Of a stretch of DNA of 64,000 nt, positions 27,145-41,227 are shown one piece after another. Origin of the DNA: Paramecium tetraurelia (lineage: Eukaryota). The notes beneath the pieces were generated by a model, which did not search any database, had not been told where the DNA came from, and saw only the letters and a list, made by a program, of their open reading frames with translations. The translations under genes and the position numbers were made by a program. The stretch's first letter is position 1; every line of letters begins with the position of its first letter. The stretch covers positions 1-64,000 of the forward strand of contig CT868039.1 in the NCBI GenBank assembly GCA_000165425.1. Direction: 5' to 3'.

Positions 27145-27414
27145 TCAAAGTTGTTCTTCATCCGTCTCTTCATCTATCATATCCAACTAGGATTTAGTTG
27201 AGGCTTTGATATTATGAAAATGTTTTTATTTCAAACAAGAGAGGAGGAATTTCGATAGATCTTCAAGTTAAATACTATCATCAGCAGTGATTTCAAGTTT
27301 GAGAATTTAACCTTTTAAATATAGCTTCTCTTCCTTTGTTATTAGTTGCAGCTCAAAAAGCCCTTACAAAGTTTAAAAGCATTATTTATAAAAGGTCACG
27401 TTGATTAATTACAT
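27145..27414 (-). CDS. Short hypothetical protein (89 aa) or truncated pseudogene
   Basis: MQLINVTFYKQCFQTL...EEKLYLKGQI...MIDEETDEEQL-TGA; coding-like sequence with more stops follows. Confidence 0.4.
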
Positions 27415-28355
27415 GATTGCAATTTAATTTTCAATTTATATATTAAATTAAAACTAGAAATTATTACGCCCATATTAGAGCGTTAAATTTGAGTAAATAA
27501 ACGGGTTCAAATGAATAAAACGATAACATTGATAATCGTAAATTAACCTCTCATAAATTCACTCAATATTAAATATTGATAAAAATGAAATCCACCATTA
27601 TTAAAATTAAAACATTTAACAGAAGTGCTTTATTTAATTATCAAGTATGAATATAATTATATTTTCTACAATATTGAGTCTGAATATTTGGATTTTGAAT
27701 TTCAATTCTTCTCCAAAATATATCAATTAATATACAATTTTTATATATATTACAATGTATTAATAATCTTAAACTTTTATTTACAATTTAATAGTTGGGA
27801 TACTTATTAAAAATGATGGTGTATCAATCAATCTAAATTTATTCTTAGTAGTTGTACTATTAAGAGTAATAAACTGGTACAATAATAATAAAACTATATG
27901 TAAATATTAAGAATAATTATATTTATCTTAATATATTTTGTAAATATTGATTTAAAAATTGAAGTTGTAATGTATCTTTTGAGATCGATACTTATTGTTG
28001 ATCAGCATCTGATCACATCAGACATCAAGGGTGAATAATAAAAGTTGACATTTAGATACTCCTATCTTTTGATTTTGTTCTTGTAGAATTATGTATGAAT
28101 CTCAATATAATGATATTTAGAACTCTGTAAGCAGAACTTGAGACTTTTATTTTTGAAACTTAAATATTATAATATATACTAACATAGATTGTAATAAATC
28201 ATAAAATTAGTTGATTTCTTTGATAGAGGATATTGAGAGGTCAATATTAGTGAAAACCTCGATTTTATTATTTATATTTGTTATTTTAATGGAGTGCTTA
28301 TAAAGAAGTTAATTAAATGGGTTTGATTGATTGAATATTAAATTTATCAAATTAT

Positions 28356-30002
28356 ATGAGAAAGAAATTCACTTTGCAGTTTTCGCATCCGACAATAGAA
28401 CAGGCTTATTAAAAAGATAGGTTATTGAAATATTTGTGGATGAAGAAAATACTGGCAATATTAATCCTGTTGTTTTCGATAGTAGGGTTGATTAGTTCCT
28501 TATTTTATGAAAAATAAGAGATTATGTATTGGGAGGTAGGTTTCACAAGTTACAGCATAATTTTGATAATCATCTCTTTCAAGGGATCTCCAGAAAAAGT
28601 GAAGGCTATATTTCAATTTACAAACATACTCTTGTGTATTCTCTAGGTACGAGCTAATTATTACTCAACTCCTCAGTGTATTTACTTGAGTGGATAAAAC
28701 ATTATGATTTTCAATATGATAATGTTCTACTTTTCAAGTATCTAGGAAGCACCTATTTAATTAATTTTCTTTCTCGTTTCAAGATGTGTGATAACTGGAT
28801 TAGTGAATGAGATGTTTATGGGACAAGATCTGATATCAATAATATTGACAACACTTTGTATACTAATTTTTATATATCATAATGATTAAATTCAAAGAGA
28901 GCATTTCCTATTGCAATTCTCGGATAAATAATGGGGTATTAATATTATTTAATTACAGAATAAACTTTGCCAATAATTATTTAAAGTCCGTTCGTCATGT
29001 TTACATTCGATGAAGAAAGATTGAACTTTAATTTGAAAATTGCCAATGATATGTCTGAAATATGTTGGGATAGTGAAAAAGCACCCTCTGAAAATTTAAG
29101 ATACTTTCTGAGATCCTTCAAAATGGGAAACGACAATTTAGAATAATATCTCGTCACGAGAAGCAGGACTTGCAGCGATTATAAGAAGATTTATTAATTC
29201 CAATTAAGAATTCAAAGAAATGAATAAATCTACGGAACCAAGAAATTCGTTATTAGATTTTCAGATTTCTACTTGCGAGAACAAGTGTTCCTGATCGTCT
29301 TTGATCAACACGAGCAACAAATAAGAGTCTTGGAGAAAGTCAAGACCGCTTTAATCTAGGGTATCAATTAACACTAAAATTTAACAATCAATTTCTTGTA
29401 AAAACAATAGCAATTACTCTAAAATCTGATTGTATCTAGTAATTCCATCAGCACTATTTATAAAATGAAGATTCATTGCATGTATTTCATAGGAAAATAT
29501 ACTCAATGCAATAGTTTTTAGGAAATCGAACAATAAATAATATAAATTAATCTTACTGATATGATCAAAGGATTGATACACATTTATTGTATGGCGTATA
29601 AAACCATATAAATTGAGTTTTCAAGTAGCACCTTTGAGGATGTATATGTTTTTAGTAATGAACAACTTTTGAATATATTTTTAGTCATCATATTTTAGAC
29701 ACTTGTTCGGATATGTTAAAATGGTAAAACAGTGTTCATCCACATTAATGAGGCAGATAAATAATAAGATTTGGAACTGATTAAGATTAGTGTGCTGTTT
29801 AATAAGTCAGAGGAACTCAAATAGAAATTAGTATATAACTAACTATTCTACAAATTACAAGTAAGATTAAGTCCAAAGGTGGATATTCTATCTCATGATA
29901 ATGGTAATCATCTATGAATATTGACTAGCATGCCATTTTGAAATTTATAAGGATTTAAATTTGTTGAATGCAATCCGAATGTTGGAGGAAGATATATCCT
30001 GA
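28356..30002 (+). CDS. Multi-pass membrane protein with a cytoplasmic tail (ciliate-expanded family, possibly degenerate His-kinase-like)
   Basis: Intact frame MRKKFTLQFSHPTIEQAYQK...MLEEDIS-TGA with two introns; several N-terminal hydrophobic helices. Confidence 0.82.
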
Positions 30003-30039
30003 CTCGATCCTTGGCTATTTAATTTATGTTTACTCAATC

Positions 30040-31170
30040 TTTATAGACAAGAAATAAATATTAATATCATAATCATCTAAATTTATTGCCAAACAAGACC
30101 TTGTCCAGTCTTGTAACAGATCATCTACTGCAGACAGTTTTCCTCTGACTCAAGACTAACAACAAATCTTTATCTTATTTATTTGAATTTAATTTAGAAA
30201 TGCTTTATGACCAACCATTACTAAATGTTATTTCAGTTAAAGTTAATTTGAATAATTTTGCCTATTCTTGAACCAGGAGTGAGCGTAATTATCAAAGATA
30301 TTTGCCCTTTCTTTTGGGTGATTAACAAATATCAGACTCAAAAGATTTATCAATTCTTTAGAGATTGATTTTTTTGATAAACCTTAATTATATTAAATGA
30401 TATTTCTATAGGTTTCAGAAGGAATAGTTCCATCGAAAGGGAGTCTCCCAAAACTAGTCCATATATTATGCATCCAACTGCCCAGACATCTTAAGAGGGT
30501 GAGACGCCTCTAAATAAAGAGGAGAACTTTAGGGGCCAGATAAGATAGCGTATCTACAACACTTCTGTTGATATTTAGTGTCCAGTATAGGTTGAAATAC
30601 CGAAGTCAATAATTTAAATCTAATTTTAAATATTAAAAACTATTTCTTTAGAAGAAGGAGATGTTTAGCATGATATTTTCTAACTTCAAATCATAATGGG
30701 CAATATTATTTTCATGACAATAAGCTATTGCATCAACTATCTATTTCGAATGTAGTTTAGCATCTCCTTCAGGTAGTTTTGCGATGATAACATATACTTT
30801 ATTATATACAATTAGCATAGTTGAGGAGTAATCCACCTTTCAAGTATTCCATAATCATTTCAATCTCAATTTGATTCTATGTTACATAACTTTAATGTAA
30901 TTTAACAATGTTTTTAGGATCAAATGCTTTCATAATTAATTATTCTTATGGAACTCCATCCATTTCCCACCCTGACCATGATTATTAATTAATTATTTTA
31001 AAGGCTGTTAATTCCTTTGTGACTTTATGCCTTCCAAGTAATACTATCCCTTGGCCTCTTTCTCCTATTTTATTGATGATATACCCAAAAATTATAGCTT
31101 ACACTTTCACTCTAATTTAACTTACTTTATCACATCACCTTCAGATAATATTTGGTTTAATATCTTCATT
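30040..31170 (-). pseudogene. Decayed CAMK/SNF1-like kinase
   Basis: Altered motifs GERGQG, AFK, HYDLKLEN, IDFG and LSYLAPK; frame changes and damaged splice sites. Confidence 0.75.
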
Positions 31171-31509
31171 ACTCAAGTTCTACATAAAGTTTAGTATCGT
31201 TTTTGATGTTTATATACAATTTTAGGAATGCTCATCTATTTAATTATTCATATCAAAAATTCAATATTTTCTGCATCTTGTTTTAATTTCCTATTTATGG
31301 AATTATAAAATCAGTCTTTCTCTTAAATCAGGAAATTAGTAAGTCTGTCTAATTAATTTTGTTTCGGTCCTCTTTCTGTATCTTAGCGAGTCAGTTAAGT
31401 GTATGAGGTTTTGTAATACTGAAATTAATTTATTATATTATATTTTATGATATTCAGATGAAATGTTTATTAAAATTTTATAATTATAATCAATTATATT
31501 CTTGAAATT

Positions 31510-33050
31510 TATTTAATGACTTCAATTATGACACATCTTTATACAACTAAATTTTGATGCCATTATCACTCAATCTAATTTCAGATTCTGGAGAATGCAA
31601 TTTTAGATACAGTCTGATAACCAGATTTTTGTTTAAATTTTCCAATAGAATATAAGAATTTAGACAAATAATTTGAACAAATAAAATTTCTGATTTGGTA
31701 TGCAAAAGTATTCTTGTTTTAGAACTCTAATCTCTTGTTGTCTTTCTTAATGACATTTATAACAATTGAATTATAAAATCCTAAGACATATCTTTGTAAT
31801 GAACTACATCAAACCTACTATCAGTGCAATCAAATTATATGTTGATACCAGAATAGGCTTTTTCAAAAAGTGATATTATGGCTAGAAAAACATTTTTAAA
31901 ATCAATATTGACGGTTTCAAAGTATTTGTTTGCTTATGAAAATGAATTTGATATTTTATATTTTCCTGAAAAATACAAATGATGAAGTTTTAATTAATAG
32001 AGCAATTGAACCCGAGATGACTCATTCTATAAACTCATGTTTATTAATGATGCCTGCTTTTTTAGGAAATTATGCACTAGTTATTGATGTTACCCAATCA
32101 AATTAATTAGGTTATCTTTTGTAGATTCTATATATAAGGCTTTCTATTTTGATTGCTCTAAAACAATCAAGAAGGTGTCATCCAAATGATATAATTCAGC
32201 CAAGAGGATGTTGGTTTCTTCAAAATCAACTGAATCATATTGATTTGGTCTGAGTGTAAATTGATTTAGATCAAAAAACTTGGATTGCTTTTCTATTCTG
32301 TTCAAAATGAATTATTCGATTGACACTTCAGATATGTGTTGGAGTCTAAAAAATTATTTAAAATTGTCCTCTTGGGAGAGTTCTTAATTACAATATGGAA
32401 ATCTGTCTATCTTGCTAGAGTTCTTGTATTTAAAACTCATTCTATTGTGATCAAATGAAAAGAGAACAAAGGGATCACTTATCACTGAAGGCAATAATTA
32501 ATCTAGATAAAAATTATATAATTAGTATACGCCAATCGTTTCCTTGATTGTTACTCAAAAACAGCAATCTTCTTTGTTTGTCAATTGTGGATATTATGGA
32601 TATAAAACAAAGCGGACATAAAATTGATAATACAACTGAACAAGTATCAGTTTATGTATCAAAGAGCCCTGCTATAAGTAATTTGAAAGTAGTTTAAAAA
32701 AAAATGTTGATTACTGCCAATTTATAATCTATAATTAAAAGTATAGTTGTATGTGCAATGGCTAGGTTGGTGCCAAGAATAAATTAATTAGTCCCTTATT
32801 AATCATTAATTTAGAGCAAAATAAGCATATTATTTATAAAGGCCATACAGAATATGGCACCAGAGGAACAGAATTTTAGAATTAAAACATACATCAGTAT
32901 CAAAATGGACAAAATTGATGATGTGATTAATATACCTACAACATTTTCTTAGCGAGCAAAACTTATTAATCTGATTAGTGTTATGATAAAAGATAAGAAA
33001 GCTATCTTCCTAAAGGTATCATAGCAATATTACTCCTTTTCCTTTTGATA
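31510..33050 (+). pseudogene. Degenerate Cys-containing protein gene remnant
   Basis: Coding-like composition with scattered Cys motifs but frequent TGAs; boundaries approximate. Confidence 0.4.
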
Positions 33051-33170
33051 TAGACTTTCTAAATGTTGCTATCTAAAAGTTTGTGTAAATTTATTCATTG
33101 TTTTATTAATATCATAATTACATTCATAATGAAATAATAATATAATTAAATGATCAATTCAAATATTCTA

Positions 33171-33296
33171 ATGGATGAGTCTAAATAATAATAGTCAGAG
33201 TTGCCATTTTAAATTTAATCCTCACAGTCCTCTTACAGACAATGCCCTCGAAAAGTATTCTCAATAGAAAAGTTTTCTGCAGAAAGCTATAGGTGA
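33171..33296 (+). CDS. Possible 41-aa microprotein
   Basis: MDESKQQQSELPFQIQSSQSSYRQCPRKVFSIEKFSAESYR-TGA with AT-rich flanks. Confidence 0.35.
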
Positions 33297-33395
33297 AGTT
33301 AATCAAAAAATCTGCGAATCTTTGTTAGGATTAATAAAATTAATTCTCATTTAGAAATAAATAAAATTAAATATATTAAAATAAATAATATCTAA

Positions 33396-34241
33396 ATGTC
33401 CAGAGTCAAACAATCTTTATGTAAATTTGTATTTTTGAGTCTCTAGATGCACAACAATCACCAAGTACAGGGAGAATTCAGAAGATTTCAGAGAAGCTTT
33501 CTACCATCCAGATAGGAGTGGAGAATGAAAGATTTTAGAAATTGGAATAGGCAGAATAACGTATTTAGTAGGCTGAGGATGCATTCAATGAGTTTCAGGA
33601 GTAAATCTTTACCAGGCTTAATGGATTGCGGGATTAGGTATGTTATCTATGAAATTGATTAACAGTTGGGTAAATTATAGAAGCAAGTGGAGGATGATAA
33701 ATAGGCCAAAGAATAAGCCATAGAAGCCAAGAATAGAGACGTTTTGGCTTTGACAAAGAAGTTTGAGAATGCTATAGAGAATGAGCAGCAAACTAAGAAG
33801 GAAGGAGAGGCAAAGATTCTTAGATTGACAGAGGACAAATCAGCCTTGCTTAGAACAGAGGTCTAGAAGGAGACTGCCTAAAGAATAGATGCCATAGAGG
33901 GAATTCATTAAGGATTACAAAATGATTTGCCAAAGATTCAAGAGGCCATTCGAGAGGAAGCCAATGAAAGGGATGAGTCTGATTAAAATGTAAGGAGTAT
34001 TGTAATGTAGGTAATGAAATCGATCACAGATGAGTTGGTAAAATTGAGTAATTTGATCAACGTAGAGAAGAGAAATAGAGATGAAAGTGAGTAGTCAATA
34101 TTTGAAATGCTTAAGGATATCGTGAATAGAGTGAAGGTAGAATTGGATCAAGAGAAAAGAACGAGAGAGTAATCAGAGGAACATTTGCTTAGTTTATTGG
34201 AAGACACCTGTAATAAATTAAGCATTGCAGCAAATTTATGA
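33396..34241 (+). CDS. SF-assemblin/beta-giardin family striated-rootlet protein
   Basis: Coiled coil RIQKISEKLSTIQ...EKRTREQSEEHLLSLLEDTCNKL; three short introns. Confidence 0.88.
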
Positions 34242-34294
34242 AAAATTTATATTCATATAAGACATTAAGGTTTGATATCAATATATATATATAT

Positions 34295-35309
34295 ATGGTT
34301 TTAATTCACTACAAGAAAACAGAGTTGAATCAGTTCTTATATGAATGTGCTGCTAATACCCCAACTGATTAAGTCATAAAGGACCTAGTAGAGAGTAATA
34401 AAACATGAATATCATTTAGTAAATAACATGAGAATTATTCTTGATCGTTTAGCATGTGCCATGGAGGATTTGGCCACTCATGGTAAATATACCAATACAA
34501 TTCATTAAATAGGACCCTTGAAACCTGAGGACACAAGAGGATTATCTGAATAATCCCTAATTGATGCAGCAATCGAAACTATGGCACCTGAGAAAAAGCC
34601 TTGGGCAGTTACTCCTTAATAATTATTGCCTGGTCAAAGATTGAATCCTGATAAGACAGCTTATCGTACTGGAGTGATCCAGACAGAAGAATTGTCTAAG
34701 ATGGTCATCGAGAATTGTACCAAAGTCAAACAAGCAATTTCAAAAAACTTAGTTGACTTAAAATAATGTCTGACTACAAAGATCGTCTAAGAACAACTAG
34801 ATTTGTTGAGGGGCTGTATGATGATTTGTTATCCTGGATACCATGGATTGCCACCTTGGGAACCATCCAGAGAGATCTTGGAGGGTCAGTTTGACACTTA
34901 AGCCACATTTACAGAATAATATGATTTTTTGGATGAGAAAAACACATCCTTATGGTGGGCTGGGAAAGAGTTATTGAGAGGCAAATTGTTGTCTGATTTC
35001 ATTGGGAAGAATGATAAGACCAAAATTGTAATTGCCACTCATTATATTTAATTAGATTGTGAGATTATAAAAGACAGGGGCTGGAGCTCCAGTTAGAGAA
35101 CCTGCAGTGGATGCTGAAACCTAAAAGAAAATGATGGCATTCTATTATAAGAAATAATAAGAGTAGAAGGTATTTCTGGTTTTATAAGTGTTTAGGAATT
35201 AGAAGCAGAGAATGAGGATCAATATCTAAACTCTTAATGGGCCAATCCTAAATAACTGAAATAGCAGTTGATGGGAGCTAGTGATTAAATTTCATGGAAG
35301 CCTAAGTGA
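34295..35309 (+). CDS. CFAP298: Cilia- and flagella-associated protein 298 (C21orf59/FBB18)
   Basis: MVLIHYKK..QFLYE, HGPLKP, MICYPGYHGLP, LWWAGKEL, GKNDKTKI, GAPVREP and YLNSQWANP motifs; four introns. Confidence 0.92.
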
Positions 35310-35360
35310 TCTTCACGTTGTGTAATAAGATAAAAATTAATTAATTAATTATTATTGTAA

Positions 35361-36064
35361 ATGAAAAGAAAGACCTTATTGTTGGAAGCTGATATTATTC
35401 AACAGATCAAAAGTGCCTTCAATCTCAACCAAATTGAAATCACCGAACTCCTGACTCAAGCTAAACGCTATGATCCCAAGGGCACGGGATATGTGAGTAA
35501 AACAGAGGTGGATGATATTATGAGAGGCATGAAACTTATTTAACAATATAGATCTTAAATTGCTTAATAATGAAAAGATGATTGCTAAATTCAAAGAGGA
35601 ACTTAAACAACAGGATGCAAAAATGCTAGATCTTAAATAAATATGTGATATCTATTGCAAATTGAAAAACTATTAATAATAATTGGAAGACGAAGAGACT
35701 ATCACATAAGAATACAGTATTGTTATTTAAGTCATCCTAATCTAGTTGATGCTTTTGTGGCTTTGGGAGGCAATCCAGACAGAACTGGTGTTGTTTAAAA
35801 ATAGACCATTTTTGATATTGTTCAAAGTGAGTTCGAACTTAAGATTGATTTGGAGTCTTTTCTAGGAGATTTCCAAGGGAATCAATTGGAATTTGAAGAT
35901 TTTTGTCAATTATTTGAGAATGCTGGTGAAGATGCTAAGTCTTTCATTACTGTATAATTAATTTAAACACATTTTAGAGCTTTTCCCAGGCCAAACGCAA
36001 TAACAATTCTGATTTTACAGTCAGATTTAAAGATTTTGAAAAATGGGAAAAGACTGCTATGTGA
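35361..36064 (+). CDS. Calmodulin-like EF-hand protein resembling the Ca-binding outer-arm dynein light chain (LC4-type)
   Basis: YDPKGTGYVSKTE EF loop; DAFVALGGNPDRTG..EFELKIDLE; requires a GC-AG intron at 35527-35551. Confidence 0.75.
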
Positions 36065-36107
36065 TTATTGCATTTTAGACTGTGTTTTAATTACAATTAT
36101 TATTTTA

Positions 36108-36533
36108 ATGATTAATGTGTTTAATAAGATTAAGCTGATCATCTTAGAATTTCTATCTAAACACAACATTATTCTGAAACAAACTGAATCTGTTGCTCTG
36201 GATAATTAGATATCAATTGTCACCAAATTGGATTACTAATTTATGACTCCAAAAAAGAAAAATATGAACTAACAATTTACTTCGATCTCCATTTCCAAAA
36301 GTGAGTATGTGTCAAGTTAGGAAATGTTTTCAAAGATCGAGGAGAGTTCCAAAAAGTCAATTGAAGAAAACTACACCAACAATCTGATGAGTATGACAAG
36401 TAGTGAATTAAAACTTCAATTTGGTGCCGCTGTTCAATTCATCCTAAATCAAAAATGCAAAAACAATTAGTTAAACTTCGTAAGTATTCATCCAATCATA
36501 TTTTCAATTGTCAATAATTTCTTTGCAAACTGA
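36108..36533 (+). CDS. Hypothetical 141-aa protein
   Basis: Uninterrupted code-6 ORF MINVFNKIKL...NNFFAN-TGA. Confidence 0.6.
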
Positions 36534-36949
36534 CCAAACACACATATGATTCAAAAATATGAATGATCCATCCCATTATTTTTCTATCAAAAAAATACTA
36601 TTCACCATTTTATATTTTAAAATATACAATAATATCTACAACACCCTTTAAGAATTCAAATATTTTCGAGTCTTCTTTATTTTTATTGTGTGAAAAAAGT
36701 TTTAAAATCTATTTCGATATCTCATACCTATATCTTGGATAGTCTTACTTAAATTTGATATACTTTCTAATCAGTGTTTGTATATGACCCTAACAAGTTG
36801 ATTTTATCTTCAAATTCACATCATCTATATAAGATGACTTGATCATTACAAAAGGGATTTATTGTTATTATTGTATAATCATTATGATCTCATTTTATGT
36901 TTCTATGGTATTATTTTATTTGATTATCATTGAAAATACCCTTGTAGAC

Positions 36950-38528
36950 ATGAATAATATCGAATATCTAAGTTTACAAACAATTTAATTATTTGAGCTT
37001 TAAAAAGGATTTATTAGATTGCAGTAATCCCACTCTTTACTTTTTAGGGTGTTTTATAAGGCAGATTATGATAATGTCTATTATCGAATTAATTTTACTA
37101 TTGGGTTTAATCAAAATAAATATTAAACTAATTACCATTAGAATATGAATGAAATGGAAGCAAATAGGAGATCTAATTTTTTTGCTGCTAGTGGAAAAAG
37201 GGTTGTCCAAGAATAATAAGAACAAGTAAATTATTTAATTCAAGCAGATGGCGATTAGAGAAGATTAAAAATATAAGTTATAATAATATAATGATGATTA
37301 AAAATTAGAAAGACAAGAGCCAGTTCCTTTTTATTTGTAAAGAAATGATCGGCCATAAAAAATAACAGCTGCAGAAAGAAAAGAAATAATTCGAAACATT
37401 GAATTAGAAGCGAACAGAAATTCTGATGGGGGGATATTTGCAAAAGTGTATAAACAAAAGGATGCAAAAGATTAATAGTAATAGACATAAAAGCAATAAT
37501 TCATTGATGAAATATAAAAGTAAATAGAAGAAAAGAAAAGGAGGAAAGAGGAGGAAAGGTAAAAACAAATCGAAGAGGATAGAAAGTATGAAGAGAAATT
37601 AAAAAAAGAAAGAGAAAAAATAAGTTAAAATTAGAATAAGGAAGATGACAAGAAACTCATAATTAAAACGATTAAAAATAAACATCTTAGACAATAATAG
37701 GATGATTCAAAGTTCATTTTCAACGAATTCGAAGATCACTAGATTAATTTAACTAATAATAATATAGTTCCTAATTATCTCAAAGAAGTTGATGATAAAT
37801 ATGATTAAGAACTTAAACATAAGGTAAATCCTCACACTCCTTTAACGAAATTATAATCTTAAAGAACTTTGCAAGATTAAAATCTAATAAATATTACATA
37901 TAACCCTCCCAATACAGCTGGTCAAAACCAAAATAGCACGTCATTTAGAAATAATTCATAACATTAATATAATTAACAATTAAATTAGTATGAAATATCT
38001 TAAATGTAATCACAATAATAATAGGTATTTCAATAATAATCCTATCTTGATTCCTACTAATAGTCTAACTATCAATATTAACCAATCTAATATAGATCTG
38101 TTATGCCATAAATAATTTAGTAGATTTAATAGGAGCAATAGGAATTATTAGAGATAAATAAATTTAAAAGCAGAGAATAAGAATAAGGAATAGAAAAATT
38201 GAAAGAAGAAATTGAATTTTAATCTAATAAATGGAATGAAGAGTTGAAAAGGCTAAGGGGAGAGGTTTAAATAAATACTGAAAAAAAAAATAGAGCATTT
38301 TATGAATTATACAATCTAAAGGATGAGTTGAAAAAACAATAATTATTTGAGGAGGCTAATTTGAAATTGGTGAAATAATAGGTTGCAAATAGGAGACCTG
38401 ATAGTTTAGCTAGTTCTGAAAAGAAATTAATCACAGAAAGCGATTACAAAAAGAGTTCACACTAAAGTAGACAACTATCTAATATAGAAGATAATTTATT
38501 TCTTGAAACTTTTGTTGATTAAATATGA
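36950..38528 (+). CDS. Gln-rich coiled-coil protein with a CCDC66/CSPP-like motif; start uncertain
   Basis: FIDEIQKQIEEKKRRKEEERQKQIEEDRKYEEKLKKERE; 22-nt intron near 37226. Confidence 0.7.
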
Positions 38529-38890
38529 TACTGAATCATATATTAACTAATTTATATTAATTATAAACAATTCAAGATTTTTAAGTTAGTAATTCTACAG
38601 TATTTTTCGTTATTATAATTAGAAAAACTAGGTGAATATTCATTATGTGAAGTTAATCAGAGATAATTATTAAATTTGTTGAGTGGATTGCATCAACTCA
38701 CATTTTGAATACTTTTCTTGGAAATAATTCAAATTATAATCTCTTTTTAGAATTAATAATACATGATAATCTATATTTAAAAAATGCAATTGATACACTA
38801 CGCTTACCCATAAATAAGTTTCATTTCTTTCTCTCCATTTGATGTGATGTAAAATTATAAGAACTTAAGATGTAATTAAATTAATATATT

Positions 38891-39130
38891 ATGAATTAAA
38901 ATAAATGTTAATCTGATTCTGGAGGGACTAAAACTAAAGTCCCTGAGGAAGATCATTTTCTACTTGTTATGAACTAAGTCTTGGAAAGACACAAGTCAAT
39001 TGCAGCTAAAAACAATGAAAGTTAACTACTTCAAAATGCTCTTAAGGCTTTATAATAAGAATTAAATGAAGCAGAATCTAAGAATCCTGGATCTGCTAAG
39101 TAAATACTAGATTCCATTTTCAATAATTGA
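38891..39130 (+). CDS. Small hypothetical protein (79 aa)
   Basis: MNQNKCQSDSGG...AKQILDSIFNN-TGA. Confidence 0.6.
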
Positions 39131-39944
39131 TTATTAGAATATTAAATATCAGAATCACTCTACTTTTTGGAATTTACACCATAATGTTCTTAAACTTTTT
39201 TTTACATCTTTAGTATATGTAATCAATTTCAAGAATAGTATATGCTGATCGAGAATTTCAGATTAAAACTTCTATAATTTATGACCGATTATAGACCTAG
39301 AGATAGTTGACATGAGTCAATGTACATTTCTTTTGTAATTGAAAAACTACCATTTGTATTCTTTTTAAGTAGCATTACCTCTCTTCATTTACTTTCATTT
39401 CAATAATTTATTTTTGCAGTTGCCATCTAATATTCGTATTATGGTAATTTGCATTATATTATCATAATTAAGTTTCTTTGTAAATCACCTTATTCTCTTT
39501 ATACATTGTTTCATAATAAACTTCATAATGACTTTAAAGTATAAATTTACACCTGAATTATATAAATATATTTATTAATCATCTACTCTATAAGATTAAT
39601 CTAACAGTAGATTTGTTCACTAAATAGAAATTTTGAATTATATGATTCTGATAATCTAATTTCAATCATGAGGTTGCTCACTTCTGCATTTAACAATAAC
39701 AGCAGTTCTTACCAAACCTTAATAACCCAGATAATATATGATTTCTTTTAACTTGTTCTCTCTTTATAATTAAAATTAGTATTATTTTTCTCTTCTTCAT
39801 TTTGCCCTGTGAACCATATTATTTTCTTCGTTAACATAATTTGTTCTCCTCTCCTTTTGTTCTGTCAAACGTATAATTCAACTCCCATTCAAAATCGATT
39901 GTTTAATATATTATTTAATAAGATAGACACAAGGCCAAAAAAAA

Positions 39945-40017
39945 AGCCAATTGGGGGAATCGAACCCCCGACCCTTTGCTTACGAGGCAAATGCTCTAAC
40001 CACTGAGCTAAACCGGC
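39945..40017 (-). tRNA. tRNA-Thr(CGT)
   Basis: GCCGGTTTAGCTCAGTGGTTAGAGC..TTTGC-CT-CGT-AA-GCAAA..GGTTCGATTCC..AATTGGCT cloverleaf followed by an oligo-T terminator. Confidence 0.96.
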
Positions 40018-40079
40018 ATCGTTAAATACTACATTTATTTATTATATAAATCACAATTCATCGTGCATCTTCTTCACAT

Positions 40080-40637
40080 ATTAAATAAATTTATGCTCAA
40101 ATTGCATAGCTGCAAAATTCAACTGAGTCTCACTGATTGGCTTATAAGTACTTACTCCATTCTCCAAAAGATCAATAAATCTCTCTTATTCACCTTCGTA
40201 ATCTTCTGCTACGAAAGCTATTTTCAAAGTAGTCCCTAATGAATCATCCATATACTCGCTTACCTTTCTTTACTTCAGGTTTTACAGTCAAAACAACACT
40301 CTTATATTAATCTTCATTGATTATGATTTAAGGAACAAAGTTCTAGAGACTTAATCCGACTGCATTTCCATTCATTCCAAATTACAAAAAGAAATCAGTC
40401 TCAGGAAATAATTCCTTCAAATCTATTACATTAGTATTCAGCTTTACTTTTGGCCTTAGATCTTTCATGATAGATCACAAATTAATTATATTTCTCTGAA
40501 TAACACAAAACTCCATCGAATTCTTTGTAATATCCATCCAATACAGTAGCTACTTAAACCTTCACTTTCTGTAATCCTGCTTCCTTTTAATCGCAATAGC
40601 CAAAAATGAATAATGCAAACAACACTATTAAACTCAT
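40080..40637 (-). pseudogene. Decayed secreted or membrane protein gene
   Basis: Signal-peptide-like start MSLIVLFALFIFGYC, then in-frame TGAs after about 56 codons. Confidence 0.45.
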
Positions 40638-41227
40638 TTTTATTAATCAAATTTTTCCATTAAATTTATTCTTAAATATTATTATCTCTACACGTAAGCA
40701 TGATTCCAATTTCTTGATTTAATTTAATTTTTTCATTATTCCCACCCCAGAACTCTGAAGTTCAACTGATTAATATATTAATTAGCCTGTTTGATCCAGT
40801 ATTCAAAAAAGAATAAATAAAGAAAATAGATAAATTTAATCAACTTTTATATTATTTCCACTCATTAAATTTTATAATATTTTAATTTAATTGGAGTATC
40901 AACATTCCTTAGAATGTGTATATCATTTTTTAATAAAGTATTAAACTTCTTCCATAAATTTTATATCTAATAGTATTATTATTTGTAAGGAGAAACCAAA
41001 AAAGAAAAGATATGCAATATATATCCTAGATAATCAGAAATTTTAATTTTGCCTTGAAGAAATTGTTAAAAAAATAAATTCAGTAAGATTATAAAATTAT
41101 TATTTATGTTTAACAGAGTTGTTATAAAAAATTTAGATTATTCCTTATAAACTTAATTAGATGCAGGAACTCAAATCATATCAAAAGATATTCTATAATA
41201 TCATATGTCATAAATATTAATTTATAA

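Noticed and set aside
39809..40006. 65-aa ORF ending PIGGIEPPTLCLRGKCSNH
   Set aside because: Its C-terminal part is the antisense translation of tRNA-Thr
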